Source: the human T2T-CHM13v2.0 reference genome, Homo sapiens. Taken from it: a stretch of 64,000 nt of DNA. The notes below the pieces were generated by a model. The model made no database searches. It saw only the letters and a list, made by a program, of their open reading frames with translations, and had not been told where the DNA came from. Shown in pieces: positions 20,733 through 51,826 of this stretch; positions within the stretch are counted from its first letter, which is position 1; every line of letters begins with the position of its first letter. Location of the stretch: NCBI RefSeq assembly GCF_009914755.1, contig NC_060935.1. The stretch is one strand, 5' to 3'. Position numbers and translations under genes: made by a program.

Positions 20733-21899
20733 TAGAGATGAGGTCTCATTATATTGCCCAGGCTATACATTTTAAAATTTGCATTCTGGGGCTGTTCTTT
20801 CTCCCTAATTTATTTATTTATTCAATGATTTATTTACATCAACATGGGCTCATGGATATTTACTCTAAAGATTTTAATTTAGGTCAGGCATGGTGGCTCA
20901 CACCTGTAATCCCGGTAATTTGAGAGGCTGAGTTGGGCAGATTACTTGAGTCCCGGAGTTTGAGATGAGCCTGGGCAACATGCTGAGACCCTGTCTCTAC
21001 TAAAACTACAAAAAATTAGCCAGGTGTGGTGGTGCAAGCCTGTAGTCCCTGCTACTCAGGAGATTGAGGTAGGAGGATCACTTAAGCCTGGGAGGTTGAG
21101 GCTGCAGTGAGCCCTGATTGTGCCACTGCACTCCAGCCTGGGCGATAGAGTGAGACCCTGCCTCAAAAAAAAAAAAGATTTTAATTTATTACTCTCATTA
21201 TTTATTTTGTTGCTCATCTTGTTCCAGATTTGGCCATTGAGATGTCTTTCAATTTTGCTGCTTTTGTACGTTCATCATTAAAAAATTTTTATATCAATAT
21301 TTATTTCACCTACCATAAAATTCTCCCTTTTAGTTGGGCATGGTGGCATGCATTTGTAGTCTCAGCTACTCAGGAGACTGAGGTGGAAGGATCACTTGCC
21401 TCCAGGAGTTCAAGATCAGTCTTGGCAACATAGCAAGACCCCATCTCAAAAAAAATTCCTTTTAAAGTGTAAAATTTAGTTATTTTAATATATTTATAAG
21501 ATTCTGGAGTCATCACAACTATCTAATTCCAAAATATTTTCACTACCCCCAAAGGAAATGCCATATTATTTCTCACAGTTTTTTGTTTTGTTTTGTTTTG
21601 AGACAGAGTCTCGCTCTTTCACCCAGGTCACTTCCATTTCTCATTTTCCCAGCCTCTGGCAACCACGAATTTACTTTCTTTATGGATTTGCCTATTTTGG
21701 ACATTTCACATAAATGAAACCATATAATATGTGGCTTTTTGTGTCTGGCTTCTTCTTTCACTTAGCATAATATTTTCAAGGTTTAACCATGATGCAGGAT
21801 GTATTAGTATTTCATTCCTTTTCATGGTTGAATAATACGACATTATATGGCTATATTACATGTTGTTTATCCATTCACCCATTGATGTATATTGGGTTG

Positions 21900-22195
21900 T
21901 GCTATGGTTAGAGCATTTGTGTCCCCTCCAAACTTCATGTTGAAACTTAATCCCCGATGCAGTAGTATTGAGAGGGAGGGTCTTTGGGAGCTGATTAGGC
22001 CATGAGTGCACCACCGAGGACCCAACAATAAGGTGCCACCTCAGAAGCAGAGACTGGACCTTACCAGACACCATGCCTGCTGGAGACTTGATCTTGGATG
22101 TCCTAGCTTCCAGAACTGTGAGAAATAATATGTTATTGTTTATAAATCACCCAGTCTGTAGTATGTTGTTATAGCAGCACAAGTGGACTAAGACA
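21900..22195 (+). mobile_element. MST/MLT1A-type LTR
   Basis: TGCTATGGTT...GACTAAGACA, TSD GGTTG. Confidence 0.85.
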
Positions 22196-22302
22196 GGTTG
22201 TTTCCACTTTTGGGTCTTTGTGAATAATGCTATCATGAACACAGATATACATGTTTCTGTGTGAATACACATTTTCAGTTATCTTGGGTATATACCTAGG
22301 AG

Positions 22303-22695
22303 TGTGTATCAGTTTGCTAGGGCTGCCATAACAAAATACCACAGGCTGGGTGACCTAATAAACAGAGATTTCTTTAATCATAGGTCTAGAGGCGAGAAAT
22401 AGATCAAGATCACGGTTAATTTCTGGTGAGATCTCTCTTTCTGGCTTGTAGACAGTCACCTCCTCACTGTGTCTTCACATGGTCTTCTTCTCTGTGCATG
22501 TGTGCAGAGAGAGAGCTCTCTGGTCTCTCTTCAGTTTCTTATATGGACACCAATCCTACTGAATTGGAGCCCTGTCCTTATGATTCACGTAACATGAATC
22601 ACCTCCCTAAGGGCCCTGCCTCCAAATATAGTCACATTGGGGGTTAGGGCTTTAACATATGAATTTGGGGTGGGGGACCAAATCAGCCTATAACA
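22303..22695 (-). mobile_element. MLT1A/B-type LTR
   Basis: TGTATCAGTTTGCTAGGGCTGCCATAACAAAATACCACAG...CCTATAACA, interrupting L1 text; approximate TSD (A/G)GGAG. Confidence 0.8.
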
Positions 22696-23769
22696 GGGAG
22701 TGGAATTGCTGGGTTACATGGTAACTTTGTTTAAGTTTTTGAGGAACTACCAAACAGTTTTCCAAAGCATTTTCATCATTCTATATCACCACCAGCAATG
22801 TATGAGGGTTCCAATTAGTCCATGTCTTCACCAGTACTTGATACTGTCCGTCCTTTTAATGGTAGCTATTCTAGTGTTTGTAAGGTGCAATCTCATTGTG
22901 TTTTCCTATCTTGCATTTCCCTAATGAATGATTTTGTGCATCTTTTCATATTCTTATTGGACACTTGTACATCTTTGGAGAAATGTCTATTCAAGTCGTT
23001 TGCTCATTTTTTGATGAAATAATTTATCTTTTTGTTGTTGAGTTGCAAGAAATCTTCCTTCATGTTTTCCAGATATCAAACCCTTAATCTGTTTTATGAT
23101 TATCAAATATTTTATCCCACTTTGCAGGTTGCCTTTTTATTGTTGATAGTGTTCTTTGATGCACAATTTAATATTTTGATGGAGTCCAATTCACATATTT
23201 TTATATTTTTTCTTTTGTTGCTTATGCTTTTGGTATCATATCTAAGAAACCATTGCCAAATCTAAGCCCATGAAATTTTACCCCTATTTTTTATTCTAAG
23301 CATTTTATAGTTTTAGCTCTTATAGTTAGGTCTTTGATCCATTTTGAGTTAATTTTGTATATGGTGTGAGGTGGGGGTCCAATTTTATTCTTTTGAATGT
23401 GGATATCCCTTTGTCCTAGCTCCATTTGTTGATGAGATTGTTCTTTCACCCTTAAATAGTCTTGGCACCCTTGTCAAACATTAATTGACCATAAATGAGT
23501 GTTTATCTCTGGGCTCTCAAATTTTTTCCATTGGTCTATATGTCAATTTTATGCTAGCAACACTGTTTTCATTACTGTAGCTTTGTAGTAAGTTTTGAAA
23601 TCAAGAAGTGTGAATCATTTTTCTAAATTTTTATTTTTAGAGCAGTTTTAGATTCACAGCAAAATCAAGCAGAAGATACAGAGATTTCCTATAGACCCTC
23701 TGCTCCCACACATGCACAGCCTCTCCAACTATCAATCCCCCACACCAGAACACCAGAGTGGTAGTTTTT

Positions 23770-24205
23770 TGTCCTGGTGGATTCGAGGCTGGAGTTGCCC
23801 CAAAAGCTGAGGTATGGGAATTGCCCCAAACTGTCAGTTAGAATCCAAAGAAAGAAGAACTAAATGCTAGGGTGGTTAGTCCATTTCCCAGGGAAACTTA
23901 CAGAGTGCTTCAGTGTATCATAACAACAGACAGCAAGAAAAAAGGATGGTCTGTCTAGCTAGGCATGCCTGCAACAAGGGAGTTGGTGTATGAGTTTATA
24001 TGTTGGTTTAAAGAGCCTGGCTCAGTGCTTGGGCTTGTTTCCTTCAGGGTTTTGAGCAATAACCTAAACACCTTATTCAGTGCCTGGGAATATTCGAGTC
24101 CCCGGCTTGGGGTCAAGCCAGCAGAGAAAAACATACAGATGCCAAGGCACTCTGTTTCTCTGTCAGAACAAGAGAAAAAGTGAGGGGGAACGGGGAGGTC
24201 TTACA
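23770..24205 (-). mobile_element. ERVL LTR (LTR47-like)
   Basis: TG...CA ends; reverse complement starts TGTAAGACCTCCCCGTTCCCCCTCAC; interrupts an L1ME-like segment. Confidence 0.6.
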
Positions 24206-26278
24206 TTAGTTACAATTGATGAACATACGTTGGCACATCATTATTATCCAACATCTATAGTTTACATTGAGGCTTACTCCAGGTGGTGTACATTCTATAA
24301 GTTTTGACAAATATATAATGATCTGTATCCACCATTATAGTATTAGATAGCGTGGTTTCACTGCCCTGAAACTCCTCTGTACTCCCTGTATTCATCCCTC
24401 TTTCTCCCTTAACCTCTGGCAACCACTGATCCTTTTGCTGTTGCATAGTTTTACCATTTTCAGAATGTCATGTAGTTGGAATCCTACAGCATGTAGCCTT
24501 TTCAGATTGGCTTCTTTCACTTAGTGATACGCGTTTAAGGTTCTTTCATGTCACTTAATGGCTTGATAGTACATTTCTTTTTAGCAATGAATAATATTCC
24601 ATTATCTGTTCACCTACTGAAGGACATCTTGGTTGCTTCCAAGTTTTGGCAATTATAAATAAAGCTGCTAAAACATCCATGTGCATGTTTGTGTGTGTGT
24701 GTGTACACAAGTTTTCAACTCATTTGAATAAAAGGAGTGCAACTGCTGGATAATATGGTAAGAATATGTCTAATTTTGTAAGAAACCACCAAATTACTTT
24801 CCAAAGTGGCTGTACCATTTTGCATTCCCACTTGCAATGAATGAGAGTTCTATTACTACACATTCTCACCAGGTTTGGTGTTGTCAGCGTTTTGGGGTTT
24901 TGCCATTATCATAGGTGTGGGGTGGTATCTCATTATTTTAATTTGCAATTTCCTAATGACATATGAGGTTGAACATCTTTTTATATGCTTATTGCCATTT
25001 GTATATTTTCTTTTGAGGTGCCTCTTCAGGATATTTTGCTCATTTTAAAATCAGGTTGTTTTTTTTCTTACTGTTGAGTTTTAAGGGTTCTTTGTATATT
25101 TTCTCTTCTTTTCTTTCCTTTTTTTCTTTTTTTTTTTTTTTTTAGATGAAGTCTCGCTCTGTCGCCTAGGCTGGAGTACAGTGGCACGATCTCTGCTCAC
25201 TGCAACCTCTGCCTCCCAGGTCAAGTGATTCTCCTGCCTCAGCCTCCTGAGTAGCTGGTACTACAGGTGTGCGCCACCATGCCTGGCTATTTTTTTTTGT
25301 ATTTTTAGGAAAGACAGGGTTTTGCCATGTTGGTCAGGCTGGTCTCGAACTCCTGACCTCAAATGATTTGCCTGCCTTGGCTTCCCAAAGTGCTGGATTA
25401 TGGGCATAAGCCACCATGCTTTGTATATTTTCCATAACAGTACTTTTTCAGAAATGTCTTTTGCAAATATTTTTCTCCCAGTCTGTGGATTGTCTTCTCA
25501 TTTTCTTGACATTGTATTTTACAGAGCAGGTTTTTAATTTTAATGAAGTCCAACTTATCAATTATTTCTTTTGTGGATCAGGCCTTTGGTGTTATATCTA
25601 AAAAGTATTTGCCATACCCAAGGTCATCTAGATTTGTTCCTATGTTATCTTCTATGAGTTTTACAGTTTTGTATTTTACATTTAGGTCTATGATCCATTT
25701 CAAGTTAATTTTTGTGGAGGGTTTAAGGTTTGTGTCTAGATTCTTTTTTTCTTTTTCTTTCTTTCTTTTTTTTTTTGCATGTGATGCCCAGTTGTCCCAG
25801 CACCATTTGTTGCACAGACTATCTTTGCTCTATTTGTATTGCCTTTGCCCCTTTGTTAATGATCAGGTGGCTATATTTATGTGAGTCTGTTTCTGGGCTC
25901 TTTATTCTAGTCCATAGATGGATTTGTCCGCTCTTTTGCCAGTACCACAGTGTCTTGATTACTGTAGCTATATAGTAAGTCCTGAAGTTGAATGGTGTTA
26001 GTCCTCTGAGTTTGTTCTCCTTTAATATTGTGATGGCTACTCTGGGTATCTTTGGTGGTGGTGATGTTTGTTTTAAATGTCTCCATATAAACTTCAGAAT
26101 CAGTTTGTCAATATAAGAAATAACTTGCTGGAATATTGATTGGGATTGCATTGAATCTATAGACCAAGTTAGGAAGAACCGATATCTTAACAATATTGAG
26201 TCTTCCTAACCATGAACGTGGAACATTATTTATTTAGTACTTCTTTGTTTTCTTTCATCAGAGTTTCATAGTTTTTAA

Positions 26279-29280
<3,002 letters not shown>

Positions 29281-30228
29281 CCAGCCTGTGTTTTTAATTT
29301 CAGATTCCACTTGTTCATTGATGGTATATAGGAAAGCAATTGATAATTTTATATTAATCTTGCATGCTGCAATGTTGCTATAACTGCTCATTAGTCCCAA
29401 GGGTTTGTTGTTGCTGATTTTTCCAGATTTTCTACATAGACAATCATGCCATCTTTACCACCTTTCTTCCTTCCCAATCTGTATACTTCTATTTCTTTTT
29501 CTTGTCTTAGCATTAGCTAGGACTTCCAGCGTAATATTGAAAGGAGTGGGGAGAGAGGACTTTCTTTCCTTTTTTCTGATCTTAGCAGGAAAGCTTCTAG
29601 TTTCTCACTGTTAAGTAAAATATTAGCTATACGGTTTTTGTACCTTTTAAAAATCAAGTTAAGGAAGTTCCCCTTTATTCCTAGTTTACTGAGAGTTTTT
29701 TTAAATCACAAATGGGTGCTGAATTTTTTCAAATGCTTTTTCTGCGTGTATTGAATTATCATTTGATATTTCTCTTTTAGACGTGATGGATTACATTAAC
29801 TGATTGCATACCTGGGATAAATCCCCATTTGGTCATGGCATATAATTATCTTTATGTATCATTGGATTTGATTTGCTAATATTTTGTTGAGGATTCCTGT
29901 ACCTATGGTTATGAGAGATATGGATCTGTAGAGTTGTTCTGGTAATGTCTTTATCTGGTTTTAGTATTAGATGCTGACCTCATAGAATGAATTAGGAAGT
30001 GTTTTCTCTGCTTATATCTTCTGGAAGAGATTTCACAGAACTGGCATAATTTCTTTCTTAAATGTTTGGTAGAATTCACCAGTGAACTCATCAGGCCTGC
30101 AGCTTTCTGTTTTGGAAGATTATTAATTATTGATTATTATGGTCTGAATGTTAACAAAATTCATATGTTAAACCTAATTACCAATGTAATAGTATTAACA
30201 GGTGGGCTCTTTAGTTTTTAGGAGATGA

Positions 30229-30456
<228 letters not shown>

Positions 30457-30476
30457 TGACATAGCGATATCCCATC

Positions 30477-30514
<38 letters not shown>

Positions 30515-30576
30515 TCTAAACACTGCTTTTGCTGCATTTCACAAATTTTGATAAGCATATTTTTATTTTCTTTTAG

Positions 30577-30964
<388 letters not shown>

Positions 30965-31108
30965 AAGTACGGGGATTTTTCAGCCATCTTTCTGTTATTG
31001 ATTTCTAGTTTAATTCCACTGTGGTCTGAGAGAAGAAATTGCATGGTTTCTATTGTTTTAAATTTGTTAAAGTGTGTTTTATGGCTCAGAATGTGGTCTA
31101 TCTGGTGA

Positions 31109-35590
<4,482 letters not shown>

Positions 35591-36293
35591 CTATTTGTTT
35601 TAAGCAGTCAGAAATTCAGTGGATATATTTTGTATTAATGTCTGACAGAGCTAGTCTTCACCATAGTTATTCCTTTTTTTTTGGTATTTTTCTGGGTATT
35701 CTTGCATTTTTTTCTATGTAAATATTAGTTATCAATTACATAATGCCATATAAAAGCTTATTGGTACTTTTATTGGGATTGCATTAAATTTATAAAGTAA
35801 CTTAAGAAAAGCCAACATCTTTATAATGTTGAGTTCTACCCGTTTATGTAAGTCTATCTTTGTGACTTTCAGGAGTATTTTAAAATTTCCTCATATAAGT
35901 TTTGCACATTTCCTGATACTTTTATTTCTAAGTATTCAATCTTCTTCAATACTATATAAACGAATTTTATCATTATGCCCTCTGATTATTGTTTGTTTGT
36001 ATGAAAGTTATTGATTTTTGTATGTTAGCTTTGTATGCTGTCACTTTACTGAATTTTTTAGTTAATTTTATTTTTGATTTGAGTTTTTCCAGCATTGTTG
36101 GCAAATAGAGATAATTTTACTTCCTCTTTACCAATCTTATGCTTTGAACTGATTTATCATGTTGAATTGCAATGGCTAATACCTCTAGACAATGTTGAAT
36201 AGTAGCAGAGATGGTGAGCATCTTTGTGTTGTTCCTGAGCCAAGTGAAAAATGCTTTTAGTATTTCCCTATTAAGTAAGATGCTGGCTAAAGC

Positions 36294-39649
<3,356 letters not shown>

Positions 39650-40193
39650 AAGGCTAAGGTGCTGTATGTGGGCAGTCTTTGCTTTGCCCAGTCCCCATAT
39701 GGACATATTTGGCTTACCACATTTTAGTTTAATAACTCCAGTCCTCCCCACCAGCATGGTTCAAACTTCATTTGCCATGGAATTTTAACGAATTGTATAA
39801 GGTGCAAACCTTGCTGCTGGCTCTTTAGTCCAAAAAAATGACATAAATAACAGATGGGCATCATGATTAGGACATCACTGCTTTCGAAGACTAGTGGTGA
39901 TTGGCTGGTCAGTGCCGGTGTGTTATTCAGCTCATGCAGACGTCAGACAAGTGTATAGGTGGGTTGCCTCCTCATCTCTCAGTGATCAACCGATATAACA
40001 TTTTATGAAATTCAATGATTGGGCTGGGCGCAGTGGCTCACACCTGCAATCCCAGCACTTTGGGAGGCTGAGGTGGATGGATCACTTGAGGTCAGGAGTT
40101 CAAGACCATCCTGGCCAACATGGTGAAACCCTGTCTCTACTAAAAATACAAAAATTAGCCAGGCGTAGTGGTGGGCGCCTATAATCCCAGCTA

Positions 40194-40304
<111 letters not shown>

Positions 40305-40349
40305 TCAAAAAATAAATAAATAAAAAATAAATTGGATGGATAATTGGAA

Positions 40350-42175
<1,826 letters not shown>

Positions 42176-42194
42176 TTTTTTTTTTTTCTTTTGA

Positions 42195-42299
<105 letters not shown>

Positions 42300-43163
42300 T
42301 GAGTAGCTGGGATTATAGGCACCCACCACAACACCCAGCTAATTTTTGTATCTTTAGTAGAGACGGGGTTTCACCATGTTGGGCAGGCTGGTCTTAAACT
42401 CCTGACCTCAAGTCATCTGCCCGCCTTGACCTCCCAAAGTGCTGGGATTACAGGAATGAGTCACCGTGCCCGGCCTTCTTTTTCTTTTTTTTTTTTGAGA
42501 CAAGGCCTCACCCTGTCACCCAGGCTGGAGTGCAGTGGTGTGATCATGGCTTACTGCAACCTTGAACTCCTGGGCTCAAGCTGCCATCCTCCTGCCTCAG
42601 CCTCCTGAGCAGCTAGGACTTCAGGCATGCGCCACCACACTTGGCTGTTGTGTTTTTTCTTTTTTTTTTTTTTAATTTTTGTAGAGACAGGGTCTCACTA
42701 TGTTGCCCAGGCTGTTCTCAAACACCTGGCCTCAAGCTATCTTCCTACCTTGACCTCCCAAAGTGCTGGAATTACAGGTGTGAGCCACCATGCTCAGCCC
42801 ATATATAGTATTTATAATCGTTCTCTTTGGTGTGGATGAAACACATCTCTATCAGACTGGCTCATGGGTGCAGAATTCCATAGGTACTTACTGAAAAACA
42901 GAAAATTGTTTCCTATAATCATGATACTTGAAGGATAGTTTGTCTGAATATAAAATCCTGGCTCACACTTGTAAAGGTGTAATGTCTAAAACCTGCTGCT
43001 CCATTGCTGTCTTGCTTTGTATGCTGGTTTAAAAAGTCTGCTGTTGGCCTGGCGCAGTGGCTCACGCCTGTAATCCCAGCACTTTGGGAGTCGGAGGCCG
43101 GCGGATCATGAGGTCAGGAGATCAAGACCATCTGGCTAACATGGTGAAACCCCGTCTCTACTA

Positions 43164-43361
<198 letters not shown>

Positions 43362-43613
43362 TTAATTATTTTGCCTTTGTGAGTTATTTGATCTTTTTGC
43401 CTGGAGTCCTTGAGGGTTTTTTTAAAAGAGTCTTTGAGGCTGGGCACAGTGGCTCACACCTGTAATCCCAGTACTTTGGGAGGCCGAGGTGGGCAGATTA
43501 CCTGACGTCAGGAGTTCCAGACCAGCCTGGCCAACATGGCGAAACCTCGTCTCTACCAAAAATACAAAAATTATCCGGGCGTGGTGTCAGGTGACTGTAA
43601 TCCCAGTTACTCA

Positions 43614-43898
<285 letters not shown>

Positions 43899-44621
43899 TT
43901 ATTTTTTCTTCAGGGACTCCAATAATACACATGTGATTCCTTCTTTGAGTATATTCTGTTTCCATTACTTTCTTTGGACCCAGCCTACTTCTTTATCTCA
44001 TTTTCATTCTCTTGCTTGGTTACCTGTATTCCTTCAATGCCCCTTATTAAATTTTTATTTGAATTTATTCTCCCTTGGGCATCTTGTAATTTAATCTTTA
44101 CTTCTAGATAATTTTGTCTGTTTATTCCATTTCTTTCCTGAGTTCAACCAAATCTATTTTCATTTCTTCCTCTATTTTGTCTATTTCTGTTCTTTGTTTT
44201 TAAATTTCCCACCCAAAATGGTTTTGCATGTCTTCAAATGCTTGTTTTGCATATATTTGGTTCTGTTTAGTGTTGTATTACAGCTTTCTTCTTCTTCATG
44301 GCTATTGTTTCAGAGGTTTGTGTGAATTTTCCTTGGTTCATATGTGATGAAATTCATTTTCTGATATTTTGCAATAGCTGTATGAACCTATCTTTTCATT
44401 ATTCATTTTTGTGGTATTGGGTGTTTTACAAGATCCCTAGATAACACGCCCTCTTCTGGCAACATTGTGAAGTCCAGATGCTTTAGTGAATTTGTTTTTG
44501 CAGGGGTGGGGGTTGTGGGCCTTCTTTTTTTTTTTGTCTTGGAGGGCAGTTAAACTTCTCCATTTGCCTCTCTCTTCACACCCAAATGCCAAAGGACACT
44601 TTTCCTTTCTTTTGTGGGTAG

Positions 44622-44980
<359 letters not shown>

Positions 44981-46126
44981 TAAACCTCCCACCTATTGTC
45001 CCAGCTCTGACACTACTGCAGACACTTTTGAACATTTTCAGGCTCAAGGTGTACTTAGTGTTTTTGGTGAGGTCTTAGATCAAGCTTAAGCCCCATTACA
45101 ACTCCCTCCTCTCCTTTGCCCCAGTTTTCCTCAGCCAGTCTTGTGGCAGGTGGGGCTGGAATGGGTGCGTGGGAAGGAAAGTCTGAGCTGCCATTTGTTT
45201 TTCCTTTTTCTTTCTTTTCTTCTCTTCTCTTTCTTTCTTTTTTCTTTCTTTCTTGTCTCACTCTGTCACCCAGGCTGGAGTGCAGTGGTGCAATCAAAGC
45301 TCAGTACAGCCTGGACCTCCTAGGCTCAAATAATCCTCATATCTCAGCCTCCCAAGTAGCTAGAACTGCAGGTGCACACAACCACACCCAGCTAATTTTT
45401 GTATTTTTTGTAAAGACAGGTTTTCACCATGTTGCCCAGGCTAGTTTCGAACTCCTGGGCTCAAGGAATCTGTCCACCTCAACCTCCCAAAGTGCTGGGA
45501 TTACAAACGTGAGTCACCACGCCCGGCCAGGTAATTTCTATGTTATTTGTTTTTCTTGTTCTTTTTAAGTTTGAGCATTCTTGTCTCCAAGTTATCCTGA
45601 GGGCTTGCTGTTGCATAATTTTATCTTTTCTCCTCATTCCATATTGTTTTTCTAGGCGACACTGGGGACCTACAGTGCTACCATTGTCCTCCTACCTGAA
45701 AGCCTCTGACAAAATATTGTCTTCCCATTCCATTGAAGGTTCAGAGGCCTCAGTGTCCAAGGGAGAATGCCGCCAGGAATGGACACTGCATAGCTTTTTT
45801 TGAACCGGAAGTAAAGGCTGCCCCGCTGTCGCTTTGCCTCAGGACCAAGAGCTCTAAGAGGAAGACTGACCCTGACTGTCCACCGAGAAGCTGTTGCTGC
45901 CATACAACGGAGACAAGGAGTCCATCGTATCCAGGGGATCCCCTGAAATATCTCTGAGGATTGCCAGGTTCAGTGACAGTGTTAATGAAAGCCTCAAGTG
46001 ACTCAATACAAGCAGAATAACCAAGGACTCAGACCCTTCAGGAATGAAGTTTGGGTCACCTCATGAAGTAAAAGAACCAAAGGAACATAGAATGGGTATG
46101 GAAGAAAGAAGTTGTAAATATCAATC

Positions 46127-47033
46127 CAGGGTTAACAGATAAAATACAGGATGCTCAGTGTTAAAAGGAAAACTTTAGCTCAGGTAAGTTTCACAGTGTT
46201 TAACTGAGCAAAGAACAATTCAAGAATCAGGCAGCCTCTCATGCCAGAGTGGGCTCAGAGACTCCAGTGCAGCCACGTGGTGGAAGATTTATGGACAAAA
46301 GGAAAATGAAGTACAGAAAACACACGTGAGATATAGAAACCAGCCAGATTGGTTACAGATTGGTGTTTGTCTTATCTGAACACAGTTTGAACAGTTGGCC
46401 ACCTTTGATTAGCCAAAACTCAGTGATTGCCACAAGCGTTGGCTACAGTCTGTTTACAAGTCCATTTAGGTTATAGTTTACGATGTACAGAGAAACCTTT
46501 AGGCCAAACTTAAAATATGTAAGGAGGCAGCTTTAGGCTAAACGAGATTTAACACTGGTTATAGCCCGGGCACAGTGGCTCACACCTGTAACCCCAGCAC
46601 CTTGGGAGGCTGAGGCGGGTGGATCACTTGAGGCCAGGAGTTGGAGACCAGCCTGGCCATCATGGCAAAACCTTGTCTTTACTAAAAATACAAGAATTAG
46701 CCAGGTGTGGTGGCACATGCCTGTTATCTCAGCTACTCAGGAGGTTGAGGCACAAGAATAGGCTGAACCCAGGAGGCAGAGGTTGCAGTAAGCCAAGATC
46801 ACACCACTGCACTCCAGACTGGGCAACAGAGCAAGACTGTCTCAAAAAAAAAAGAAAAAAACAAAAACAACAAAAAAAACCCACCACTTATATCTGAACC
46901 TTGGAGAAACAACTACTGGTTTTTTAGTGTAAGTATGTCCTATTAACAACTAAAAAATTCATTGCTTCTCCAAAATTCAAACTTAAATGCACATCCTATA
47001 TAATATTTTTATTTGCTAAACCTAGGAACCCTA
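46127..47033. mobile_element. MER53-like hAT MITE split by a MER57 LTR and an Alu
   Basis: Terminal inverted ends CAGGGTTAACAGATAAAATACAGGA ... GCTAAACCTAGGAACCCTA; internal TAGTGTAAGTATGTCC. Confidence 0.6.
46159..46554 (-). mobile_element. MER57-like ERV1 solo LTR
   Basis: Reverse complement starts TGTTAAATCTCGTTTAGCCTAAAGCTGCCTCCTTACATATTTTAAGTTTGGCCTAAAGG; TG...CA ends. Confidence 0.8.
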
Positions 47034-47156
47034 ATTAGGGCCTCGTAACTCATTGCACAAAAGATTCATACTTTCTTCCTTGCATGTAAAATAGAGATTA
47101 ACCGATATCTTTCCCCATCTTTTCCCTTGTTTCATATAAAGTGTATTATTGATAAT

Positions 47157-48698
<1,542 letters not shown>

Positions 48699-48713
48699 TA
48701 ACTGATTTGATAA

Positions 48714-49171
<458 letters not shown>

Positions 49172-50330
49172 CTTGACTCCCTTCACATTTCATTAGCCAG
49201 AGCTGGGCTTGTGGCCAGACCTGCCTTGAAGGAGGCAAGGAAGGGTATGTGAACATGAGCAACGTCCACACAGGTGGACAAGGTGACCCATGTGACTTTG
49301 GTTCCCTCTCTTTAGGAAGAATTTTTGGTTGTACTTGGGACAGTTACAGGCATGCTGCTATTGCCATGATCTTCGGGAAGCTGAAGTGATGAGCAGCAGT
49401 GTGTGATTCTGAGGACACAGAGGGCTGGGGTCTAGGAGCTATCTCAGGTGGGCTCAGTCAGTGCCATCCTCCCTTTTGGTGCCTCCCTAGAAGTGCTGAG
49501 AAGATGCAAAACCAAAAGCTTTTACTCCAACATTGCTTAGCCAAGCTAAGCACATGCATTCCCTATGATTCAGCAATTCTGCTCCTAGCATGTATCCCAG
49601 AGAATTGTCCCATGGGTCCATAGGGGCATATAAGAATGGCCATTGCAGCAAAGTTCTGGTTGGGGTAGGGGGAGCTGAAAGTCATCTGGTGTCCACAACT
49701 GGAGGAATGGATGGATAAAATGGGATGGATGCACAAGTGGGCAGACAGATGGGTGAAAGGATGGTCAGTCCTTACATGGACCAGTTTCCTTATTCTTAGG
49801 CTAAGGATTAGCATCTCCAGGCAAAAAGAAAACGTTTCTGGATTCCCTTGCCACTGGAGTTCCGTGGAAGAGAGAAATGGAGTCCACTAATGAGGTGTCC
49901 TTTGAAGGATATGGATGGAGGACACAGGGCCAAGGAAGTTTGCTCTGCGGGCCCAGCCTTGGAGATGTTCAGTCCTTCTGCAGCAGCACCACGCTTCTGG
50001 CTTTGTGGGTGTCAGGAGGCAGGAGTGGCAGTCCCACCCCATGTCCCAGGGCCCAAGCCCAGCTTCCTGGGTGCTTACAGGGGATGGCAGGCAGGACAGT
50101 ACGTTCTGATCCCAGCTCCAGTGGGAGCTTCCTGGAGGCGACTTCTCCAGCCTTCCCATGTACTTTAAGTACCCTGATTCCCTTAAATCCCCTTCTGCCA
50201 AAAACAGCTGGAGAAGTTTCTGTTTCCTGAAACTGACCCCTTCCTGATTTGGAAATGACTTGCCGAGGTGACAAAGCAAGTTATTGCCACATCTCAAGTT
50301 TGAGACAGGCCTCCTGACTCCACCTATTAA

Positions 50331-50705
<375 letters not shown>

Positions 50706-51308
50706 TAAAGCTGGCCCATGGGGAACCTGTGGCTGGGAGCCCATGAGGCAGGGGCAGCAGAAGAGGGCAGAGACGGTTGGGACCTCTGTGGCCCTGGCTG
50801 AGGTCTGCTCTGATGGCACGGTAATGGAAACCTGCTACCAGATGACAAAACACTATTACCAAACAGCTGGGTGACCTTAGGAAAATCACTCAACCGCTCC
50901 TGCCTACGGATTTCCTCATCTGCGGGGCCCTGCAGAGCTGTTGCAAGGATGAAATGAGGCAACGTACATGTGCCTGGCAGCACAGCTGACCCCACACAGC
51001 TCAATCCTCAGTGTTTGCATGTTTGGGAAAAAAAAACAACAACTAGAGGAACTAGTTCTTCTTACCTGGGAAGATTCCTAAGCACAAATTAGGTTTCTTA
51101 GGGGCTGAGATTAGAAAAAACTTGGTCTCAGACCCTAGACCTTATTAGCAGGCCCTTCCTAGAGCTGGCTCTAATCGGCACAGCTTGGGAAGCTCTCCAC
51201 CTGGCCACTGCTGTCTTTCTGTTTCTGGCTTAGGCCCACTGGCCTGCCTGGCGTGAGCTCCCTGGGGCAGGGAGCTTGCAAACCTTGGGAGTTGAGAAGC
51301 GCTGGCTC

Positions 51309-51603
51309 GGCCAGGTGTGGGGGCTCACACCAGTAATCCCAACACTTTGGTGAGGCTGAGGCAGAAGAGTCATTTAAGCCCAGGAGTTCGAGACCAGCCT
51401 AGGAAACAGGGAGATCCTGTCTGCAAAAAATACAGTGGTGACTCACACCTGTAGTCCCAGCTACTCGGAGGCAGGCTGAGATGGGAGGATCACCTGAGCC
51501 TGAGAGGCAGAGTCTGCAATGATCCCTAATCACACCACTGCACTCCAGAGCGCCAGAGTGAGATCCTGTCTTTAACCCCTCCCCGAAAAAAAAAGAAAGA
51601 AAA
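51309..51603 (+). mobile_element. AluJ-like element in the putative AP5B1 3'UTR
   Basis: GGCCAGGTGTGG start, diverged dimer, A-rich tail. Confidence 0.88.
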
Positions 51604-51826
51604 GTACTGTCCAACAGGTCAGGTCCACACTCTAGCTTCAGCCTTCTTCCTAAATCACTGAGTGGCCTTGGGCAAGGCCAGACCCTCTCTGGGAAGCAGA
51701 AAGGAGATTTTTCCCCTGCCTCCTGGGCAGAGATTCTGGAGAGCACTAGTGTGTCTGGGTGAGAAGGAACTCTGTAGCTCTACAGTGCCGGGTTCTGTCT
51801 GGAAGCCTTCTTGGGGCCTATGACCC

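Noticed and set aside
51399-51746. 115-aa ORF in the AP5B1 3'UTR
   Set aside because: Largely antisense Alu sequence with no coding signal.
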